Shown: positions 38,599-44,377 of the stretch, in pieces
How positions within the stretch are numbered: the stretch's first letter is position 1
Layout: every line of letters starts with the position of its first letter
Source of the DNA: Eubacteriales bacterium
GTDB lineage: Bacteria; Bacillota; Clostridia; Oscillospirales; CAG-272
Assembly: GCA_045661185.1 (NCBI GenBank)
Contig: JAZRFD010000097.1
Span: forward strand, 1 to 44,377
DNA: 44,377 bases
Direction of reading: 5' to 3'
Notes under the pieces: model-generated
Seen by the model: only the letters and a program-made list of their open reading frames with translations
Told to the model about the DNA's origin: nothing
The model's database searches: none
Position numbers and translations under genes: made by a program

Positions 38599-39246
38599 TT
38601 AAAATCTGACCCAGGCGGAGTAGATGACCTGTCCCTTTTCGGAAAAGCTTCGCTCGTATTCGGTCATGATGTTATCGGAGTTCGTTTCCGAGCGATGCAG
38701 GTCACGCGTTTGCCATTCAATCGTCAGCCCGCATGCTTCAAATTCCTTCAGCGAGAAATCAAACAGGCTCTCATTGTCGGTCTTCAGCTTCAGCATTCCG
38801 CCCGCCTTGAGGACGCTTCTGTAAAGCCCCAGAAAGCCGCGATGGGTCAATCTGCGCTTGGCGTATCCCTTTTTAGGCCACGGATCGCTGAAATTCAGAT
38901 AGATACAATCAACGGAATGAAGGGGGAACCATTCTGCCACATTTCGGGCGTCGCCTATCAAAAAGCGCAGATTGTCAGGGCGATCGTCCTTGGCCTTCAT
39001 GGCCTTTTCCAACGCAAGGCAAGCCACATCCGCTACACGCTCCATGGCAATAAAATTCACATCCTGATATTTTGCAGCCATACCAACGGCAAAATCGCCC
39101 TTGCCGCAGCCGATCTCAAGGTGGATCGAGCGCTCCGACGTAAAATAGAGCTTTGGATCTGCGGCGGGAACCGACGGATTTTCAATCAAGATCTCAGAGC
39201 ATGCCGCAATTCGTTCGGCACCGTGCTTCTTTTTTCGCATTCTCAT
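38599..39246 (-). CDS. trmB: tRNA (guanine-N7)-methyltransferase TrmB
   Basis: MRMRKK, LEIGCGKGDF, LNFSDPWPK, RRLT, KTDN, TEYE. Promoter TTGCAA-17-TATAAT at 39282-39310 (minus). Confidence 0.96.
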   Translation of the reverse strand: MRMRKKKHGAERIAACSEILIENPSVPAADPKLYFTSERSIHLEIGCGKGDFAVGMAAKYQDVNFIAMERVADVACLALEKAMKAKDDRPDNLRFLIGDARNVAEWFPLHSVDCIYLNFSDPWPKKGYAKRRLTHRGFLGLYRSVLKAGGMLKLKTDNESLFDFSLKEFEACGLTIEWQTRDLHRSETNSDNIMTEYERSFSEKGQVIYSAWVRF

Positions 39247-39348
39247 AATGGGTTCTTCCTTTTTTTAGTGATATTCATCTCATTATACCAAAAAAAAGCA
39301 CCGATTGCAACCGAAAAAGTGAAAAAAGAGCGAGATTTTCCAATATGG

Positions 39349-39377
39349 TTGACAGCGTGTCGAATTTTGTGTATAAT
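39349..39377 (+). promoter_or_regulatory. Perfect-consensus SigA promoter with no adjacent sense gene
   Basis: TTGACA-17-TATAAT facing the acpP terminator and the acpP antisense strand. Confidence 0.6.
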
Positions 39378-39391
39378 AGTGTCAAGAAACG

Positions 39392-39422
39392 AAAAACAGC
39401 ACCGCATTGTGCGGTGCCGTTT
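39392..39422 (-). terminator. Intrinsic terminator of acpP
   Basis: GCACCGCA-ttg-TGCGGTGC hairpin; T-tract on the minus strand. Confidence 0.75.
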
Positions 39423-39429
39423 ATACTTT

Positions 39430-39660
39430 TTACTGTTTAACGTTCTTTTCAAGGTAGTTTACAACATCACCGATGGTAACGAAGTTGTAAAGATCCTCAT
39501 CCTTGATCTCGATGCCGAATTTGTCCTCACACATGAAGATCAGGTCAGCAAGCTCGATCGAGTTGACGCCGAGGTCGTTTGCCAGGTTGGATTCCATGGT
39601 AATCTCGTCAGCATCCAGCTGAAGCTCCTCGACCAAGAGGTTTTTGAGCGTTTCAAACAT
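39430..39660 (-). CDS. acpP: Acyl carrier protein
   Basis: 76-aa acidic protein, DLGVNSIE (Ser for phosphopantetheine), EDKFGIEI, TIGDVVNY; SD GGAGG. Confidence 0.88.
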   Translation of the reverse strand: MFETLKNLLVEELQLDADEITMESNLANDLGVNSIELADLIFMCEDKFGIEIKDEDLYNFVTIGDVVNYLEKNVKQ

Positions 39661-39719
39661 AGTATCTTCCTCCAAAAGTTTTTGAGTTGGAAAATGGGCA
39701 AGAGCCCGACAACGGATAT

Positions 39720-39748
39720 ATTATACTTGATAAATTGCAATTTGTCAA
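39720..39748 (-). promoter_or_regulatory. acpP promoter with 22-bp palindrome
   Basis: TTGACA-17-TATAAT; TTGATAAATTGCAATTTGTCAA (39727-39748) is a near-perfect dyad covering the -35 and spacer. Confidence 0.65.
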
Positions 39749-39819
39749 TAGTTTTTTGGTAAATCCACCTTTTTTTCGCTATTTTACGCAAATTACACTT
39801 TCATGAAAGGAGATCGGCT

Positions 39820-41757
39820 ATGCATTTGTTTCATAACCGCCCGTTGTCCTTAGCGTGTTGTATTCTGGCGGCGTGTGCTTTGCTGATCTCTCGGGTTAGC
39901 TTCGCGATCTCGGTTGCTTTGATGGTGCTCGCGGCGTTGCTCTTGATCGTTTCTTTTGTTCTTTACTTGAAAAAGAGCTCCCGTGCGCCTCTTTTGGCGC
40001 TGATCTGCTCGGTTGCCGCCGTGATCGCGATCCTTGATTCGTTTGCGTTTTTTCACGTGCGCTATCCGTCCTATCAAAAATACGTCGATCAGGAATGCGT
40101 CGTGGAAGGGGTAGTGCTTGAACGGAAGCTTTCCAACGCATACGGAACGGTGCTTTACGTGGCGGTTGATCAAATAGACGGTGAGAAAGCACGTGCGGAT
40201 ATGCTATTAGAGTGCTCATATGCTTCGCCTTTGCAGGTTGGTGAGCGTTTTCGCGTGCGTGCGAAAGGCCGAGAGTTTGAAAAAACAGGCAAATACGACG
40301 AGGAGCGCGCCGCGCTTTCCGACGGAGTAGTTCTGGCTCTGGTTTGTGATAGCGCGGATCAATGCAAAATTTTATCGGGCAAAAGCCGCTCCTTGCGCGT
40401 TTTATTTTCGGAATGGAACGCGCGTGCCGCTTTTCGCCTGGAGAGTGCGGTTGGCGGGCGTGAGGGGAAGCTTTGCTCGGCCCTTCTTTTGGGAAACCGC
40501 GACGGATTGAACGGTGACGAAGCGTTGGCGTTTGAGCGCGCGGGCGTATCACATCTTTTGGCGCTGAGCGGACTCCACGTTTCTATTCTGATCATGATTG
40601 CAGAATGGGTGTTGCGTAAATGCTATTGTCCGCGCGTGGGACGCGTACTGACCGTTTTGCTCCTTTCGGTTTTATATTTGTTCTTAACGGGCGCCTCGCT
40701 GTCTACTGCGCGTGCCGTTTGTATGTTAGGTGTGCTGACACTTGGGTTCTGCTTGCAGGAAAGCTACGATTCCTTTACGGCTCTTTGCATCAGCCTTGCC
40801 TTTTTGATCGTTTTGATGCCGTATGCCGTGCTGGATATCGGTATGTGGATGTCCTTTATTGCCGCGGGCTCGATCATTATCTTTTCTCCTGTTATGGTGA
40901 CCGTTTCCGAGCACTTTGCAAAAACAGTCTCACTTCCGCACGTTTTACATAAAGCCATTTTTGGATTTTTTGGCGCGGCTTTCGTGGGACTGACCGCAAA
41001 TCTTGGGTTGGCATACTTGCAGACTGCTGCGTTTGGCAATATTTCCGTTCTTTCGATTCCCGCAACAATGGTTTTGTCGATTCCGTTAAGCATGACGCTT
41101 GTCTGTTCCATTCTCACTCTGTTATTTCCGCCGCTTGGAGCGCTTACGAACGCCTTGTCAGGCGTGATGTTGGAGCTGACGATGCGCATGTCCGACCTTG
41201 AAAATATTTTGTTGCCAATGAACGATTGGCTAACACGATTCGTTTTACTCGCTTTGACAGCCGCCTTGATCCTTTTGGCAGTTGTCAAAATAAAACGCGC
41301 GGCGTGGTGTGCTTTACCGATCACACTTGCCATAGCGGCCGTGATCAGCTCTGTTTGTGTGACGCACGTAGCGCATAGCAGGCTTACGATCGATCGGCTC
41401 GATGGCGGCAGGGGAGAGATTTTGCTTGTGACACAAGCGGGAGATGCCGTTGCGGTCGTTGGTAAGAATGAATTGGCGGGTGGCGCTCGCGCGATTGCGG
41501 ATGGCATGGCAGAGGCGCGGTGCACTGAGCTTGACGATCTTGTCCTTACGCATTATTATCATCAAGCAACCTATTTTCTCTCTGCGTTGGCAGGCGACGT
41601 TAAGATCCGTAATCTGCGCTTGCCGCCGCCTAAAGACGAGCGCGAGGAGGGAATTGCATGGCGCTTGACCGAGGAAGCCGAGGCGCGGGGGATCAAGGTG
41701 TATTTTCATACGGACGGGCTGGCACTGAACTGTAAAAGCATTGATTCGTTTTCTTAA
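39820..41757 (+). CDS. comEC: ComEC/Rec2 family DNA uptake channel protein
   Basis: N-terminal TMs and OB-like region; ALLLGNR, AGVSHLLALSGLHVS, S..RA, DIGMWMSF; eroded C-terminal beta-lactamase-like tail. Confidence 0.85.
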   Translation: MHLFHNRPLSLACCILAACALLISRVSFAISVALMVLAALLLIVSFVLYLKKSSRAPLLALICSVAAVIAILDSFAFFHVRYPSYQKYVDQECVVEGVVLERKLSNAYGTVLYVAVDQIDGEKARADMLLECSYASPLQVGERFRVRAKGREFEKTGKYDEERAALSDGVVLALVCDSADQCKILSGKSRSLRVLFSEWNARAAFRLESAVGGREGKLCSALLLGNRDGLNGDEALAFERAGVSHLLALSGLHVSILIMIAEWVLRKCYCPRVGRVLTVLLLSVLYLFLTGASLSTARAVCMLGVLTLGFCLQESYDSFTALCISLAFLIVLMPYAVLDIGMWMSFIAAGSIIIFSPVMVTVSEHFAKTVSLPHVLHKAIFGFFGAAFVGLTANLGLAYLQTAAFGNISVLSIPATMVLSIPLSMTLVCSILTLLFPPLGALTNALSGVMLELTMRMSDLENILLPMNDWLTRFVLLALTAALILLAVVKIKRAAWCALPITLAIAAVISSVCVTHVAHSRLTIDRLDGGRGEILLVTQAGDAVAVVGKNELAGGARAIADGMAEARCTELDDLVLTHYYHQATYFLSALAGDVKIRNLRLPPPKDEREEGIAWRLTEEAEARGIKVYFHTDGLALNCKSIDSFS

Positions 41758-41796
41758 AAGCAGCTTTTTTTCGCGTGTCGAAAAGGGGCTGCTTTT
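41757..41796 (+). terminator. Intrinsic terminator after comEC
   Basis: AAAAGCAGCTTTTTTTCG / CGAAAAGGGGCTGCTTTT hairpin. Confidence 0.65.
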
Positions 41797-41848
41797 CATA
41801 TACTTTTAATGGGGGAGCACCCCCGTGATCAATCGGTTGGAGGCGACA

Positions 41849-42718
41849 ATGGAAAAGGGCAAGCGTTCTTTAGCGGTTTTGGGCGGAGACATGAGGCAGG
41901 TCAGTATGATAGACGCATTGCGCGCACGTGGCTTTGAGATCAAGGCGTGGGGATTGCCACCCGTATGTGAGCAATCCAAGCATTGGACGGATGCCCTGAG
42001 GGACTGTGACGTCGTTCTGTTGCCGCTGCCTTTCAGTCTTGACAAGGTTCATGTAAATGCGACGCCCGCCGACATGCTACGCGTCGATCATTTACTTTCG
42101 CAGATTCCGGGGGGCACTCTTTTGGGCGGAAAGCTCACGGAAGAAGTCAAGAATCTAGCTCAAAAGCACGGTATCCGATGCATTGATTACTTTGAATCGG
42201 AGGTTTTACAGCTCAAAAACGCGCTTCCAAGTGCTGAGGGGGCAGTAAGTGTTGCGATGCAGAATTTACCTATAACACTTGATGGGTGCGAAACAGTCGT
42301 CATCGGTTACGGGCGAATAGGCGAGCTTTTGGCGCGTAAGTTGAACGCGCTGGGGGCTTTCGTTACGGTATTTGCGCGACGCGACGAGGCTTTGACACGA
42401 GCAGAGCTGGCTGGCTGTCGCACTGTAAAACTCGCGTGTCAAAGCGGCGTTTCAACCCTTGAGGCGATCGCTCCCACCGCACGCGTGGTCTTCAATACAG
42501 TTCCCGAATGGGTGCTGACACGTCGTGTGTTGGACCGTATTTCCAGAAGATGCCTACTGATTGATCTCGCATCGGCACCCGGAGGGATCGACCTTGCGGC
42601 CGCGCGCGAGCTTGGTCTGCAAACGGTGTGGGCGACGGCGCTGCCAGGAAAATATGCGCCCGAAAGCGCCGGAATTTATCTTGCGCAGGCCGTAGAGGCG
42701 GCTCTTGCGGGTATTTGA
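41849..42718 (+). CDS. dpaA: Dipicolinate synthase subunit A (SpoVFA)
   Basis: VLGGDMRQ, LLPLP, NALPSAEGA, GYGRIG, NTVP, IDLASAPGG, LPGKYAPESAG; SD GGAGG. Confidence 0.92.
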   Translation: MEKGKRSLAVLGGDMRQVSMIDALRARGFEIKAWGLPPVCEQSKHWTDALRDCDVVLLPLPFSLDKVHVNATPADMLRVDHLLSQIPGGTLLGGKLTEEVKNLAQKHGIRCIDYFESEVLQLKNALPSAEGAVSVAMQNLPITLDGCETVVIGYGRIGELLARKLNALGAFVTVFARRDEALTRAELAGCRTVKLACQSGVSTLEAIAPTARVVFNTVPEWVLTRRVLDRISRRCLLIDLASAPGGIDLAAARELGLQTVWATALPGKYAPESAGIYLAQAVEAALAGI

Positions 42719-42746
42719 CATATTAGAACAGACTTGAGGTGATAAA

Positions 42747-43307
42747 ATGTTAGGTTATGCCTTCTGTGGCTCATTTTGCACGCATTCACATGCGTTGCGT
42801 GAGCTGCGGAATTTACTGAAGGAAGGGTATCAGATCCAGCCGATCATGAGCGATGCCGTATGGAGCACAAATACACGCTTTGGAAAGGCAAAGGATCTGC
42901 AAAACGAGGTGGAGCTGCTATGCGGCAGACCCATTATTCACACGGTTCTTGATGCCGAGCCGCTAGGGCCCGAGCACCCCTTGGAAGCGTTGATCGTCTC
43001 CCCGTGCACGGGGAATACCTTGGCAAAGCTTGCGAATGGCATTACCGATACCGGTGTTACGATGGCGGCCAAGGCGCATTTGCGGTGTGACAGACCGCTG
43101 ATCCTTGCGTTGGCATCCAATGATGCGCTTTCTGCCAACTTAAAGAATATCGCAACCATGCTTTCTCGTAAATGTGTGTATTTCGTGCCGATGAATCAGG
43201 ACGATCCCGAAAAAAAGCCGCACTCGCTGGTGGCGGATTTTACGCTTTTGCGTCCAACGCTGAAGGCCGCGTTTGAAGGGAAGCAGTTCAGAAAGCTTTT
43301 TCTGTGA
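42747..43307 (+). CDS. dpaB: Dipicolinate synthase subunit B (SpoVFB)
   Basis: GYAFCGSFCT, NTRFG, AEPLGP, PCTGNTLAKLANGITD, KAHLR, QDDPEKKPHSL. Confidence 0.95.
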   Translation: MLGYAFCGSFCTHSHALRELRNLLKEGYQIQPIMSDAVWSTNTRFGKAKDLQNEVELLCGRPIIHTVLDAEPLGPEHPLEALIVSPCTGNTLAKLANGITDTGVTMAAKAHLRCDRPLILALASNDALSANLKNIATMLSRKCVYFVPMNQDDPEKKPHSLVADFTLLRPTLKAAFEGKQFRKLFL

Positions 43308-43310
43308 TAA

Positions 43311-43342
43311 AAAAAGACCACGTAGAGATGCGTGGTCTTTTT
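43311..43342 (+). terminator. Intrinsic terminator after dpaB
   Basis: AAAAAGACCACGTA-gaga-TGCGTGGTCTTTTT. Confidence 0.8.
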
Positions 43343-43384
43343 GCGCGCTTTGCCTCATATCTTACATTGATTGTGAGGTGCATG

Positions 43385-43966
43385 ATGAAGAAAAAACGTT
43401 TTTTCGCAAATCCGCTGACGGTTTTATTTATCATTGGATTGCTTGTGCTTGACCGTAGCGGTATTGCGCTTATGACGGTTCTGGCAGCGTTTTTGCACGA
43501 GTGCGGGCATTTATTAGCGGCAAAAGCACTGCACATTCCGTGGAGCTCCATGCACCTGAATTTTCAGGGCGTGCGGATCAACGTCAGTGGCCGAGGTGTC
43601 AGTTATGGCGAGGAGTGGCTCTTGGCAGCCGCAGGTCCGCTGATCAGCCTTCTGTTGTCTGTCGCGGTGGCGCCTCTTTGGAGAGTAGGGAAGTTTGCCG
43701 TGATTTTTTCCTGCGCCTCGCTGTTACTTGGCGTTTTGAATCTTTTGCCAATCCGTACCTTTGACGGTGGACGAATGCTCGAGGCATTCTTACTGTATCG
43801 CACATCCTTGCGCGTAACACGCACCGTGCTTGATTGTGTGTCCTTTTTCTTTTTGTTCCTCATCTGGGCTTTTGCGGTCTATGTCTTGTTGCGCGCAGGC
43901 GACGGTCTCTCACTCCTTTGTTTTTCCATGGGCTTTCTCATACGTTTTTTTAAGCCGGAACCATAA
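43385..43966 (+). CDS. Site-2 (M50) intramembrane metalloprotease, SpoIVFB-like
   Basis: HECGH zinc motif, AAAGPL, NLLPIRTFDGGR. Follows dpaAB and has a CATATCTT mother-cell-type -10 upstream. Confidence 0.82.
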   Translation: MKKKRFFANPLTVLFIIGLLVLDRSGIALMTVLAAFLHECGHLLAAKALHIPWSSMHLNFQGVRINVSGRGVSYGEEWLLAAAGPLISLLLSVAVAPLWRVGKFAVIFSCASLLLGVLNLLPIRTFDGGRMLEAFLLYRTSLRVTRTVLDCVSFFFLFLIWAFAVYVLLRAGDGLSLLCFSMGFLIRFFKPEP

Positions 43967-44051
43967 GAAATATATAATTAATTACAAACGGTTTGAGCAA
44001 AGATCTTCTAAAAAAGCAAAAATTCGACCGTACGAAAGAGCAGTGCTTGCT

Positions 44052-44199
44052 TAATTGATGGGCGTTAGATGTTCGCATGATCTACTGTTCGCTCGATCTT
44101 TATCCACCCATCCAATTATACAAAATCAAAGTTTTGTATGATTGGGGGTATCGCATTTGGGTTCTCGCGCGGGCAATGCACCCCTGTTTTCATCAATTA
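44052..44199. ncRNA. Candidate structured non-coding RNA (6S-like on +; opposed by a consensus promoter on -)
   Basis: Terminal IR TAATTGATG/CATCAATTA, apical 14-bp hairpin at 44112-44145, further nested pairings, no credible ORF. Confidence 0.45.
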
Positions 44200-44224
44200 T
44201 AGCACCATTTTTGTAATTTGTCAA
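44196..44224 (-). promoter_or_regulatory. Perfect SigA promoter (extended -10) firing into the structured segment
   Basis: TTGACA-17-TATAAT with extended TG (TGCTATAAT). Confidence 0.7.
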
Positions 44225-44241
44225 GCGCAAAAGCAAAAAAA

Positions 44242-44376
44242 TCAAGAAAACCATGCGCCCTCGTCCTCGTCCGTACATTGCTCAACAACTTCAACTGTGT
44301 ATGTAGAAACGAGTGAACCCGTACGCTTACGACGTTCCAGTCCGCGCTCCCTTGCCGCAAGCGCGTTCGCAAGTCC
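44242..44376 (-). CDS. 3' end of an unidentified gene entering from the right edge
   Basis: Open frame GLANALAARERGLERRKRTGSLVSTYTVEVVEQCTDEDEGAWFS* with coding-like composition; no family recognised. Confidence 0.45.
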   Translation of the reverse strand, partial: GLANALAARERGLERRKRTGSLVSTYTVEVVEQCTDEDEGAWFS

Positions 44377-44377
44377 T

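Noticed and set aside
38590-39762. 390-aa + strand ORF
   Set aside because: Runs antisense across trmB, acpP and intergenic promoters; no family motifs.
43950-44078. 42-codon minus-strand ORF (MRTSNAHQ...) under the 44196-44224 promoter
   Set aside because: No SD, not hydrophobic like a type I toxin, and it overlaps the M50 gene end.
44100-44190. Possible TPP riboswitch (minus strand ACAGGGGTGC...GAGA.ACCC)
   Set aside because: Lacks CTGAGA, ACCTGA and GCGTAGGGA elements, and has no downstream gene.

Overview
A chromosomal, mostly housekeeping window from an endospore-forming Clostridia-type Firmicute. It carries dpaA/dpaB, a SpoIVFB-like M50 protease, ctsR-mcsA-mcsB-clpC and many TTGACA-17-TATAAT promoters. 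Left to right: ion-transport cluster (NhaC, MgtC, CPA antiporter, AEC); tsaE-tsaB-rpiB-ispD-ispF then rpe; DUF896, DUF6873, rpmB (missed by the ORF track); mtaB followed by a PurL-derived protein; upp-rluA-lnt; a three-gene membrane redox module (CD1871A-type CxxC fusion, 4Fe-4S membrane protein, TlpA); an ABC-F ATPase; proBAC; padR-DUF1700-DUF4097; YesL, dat, a GH73-like autolysin; the clpC operon; dxs; DUF1836; trmB-nitroreductase-truB; acpP; comEC; dpaAB; the M50 protease; a structured non-coding segment. I saw no CRISPR array, prophage, transposase, rRNA or tRNA. Most notable: (1) an intact 580-aa PurL 'ghost' that lacks every catalytic motif and sits 5 bp behind mtaB; (2) a full-length Lnt in an apparently monoderm lineage; (3) a CD1871A CxxC peptide fused to a polytopic membrane protein; (4) a ~150-nt structured RNA candidate with 6S-like features that is opposed by a perfect promoter; (5) an ABC-F with one coherently dead ATPase site; (6) a MITE-like element and two promoters that fire antisense into essential genes. 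All family assignments come from motif recognition, not from database searches.
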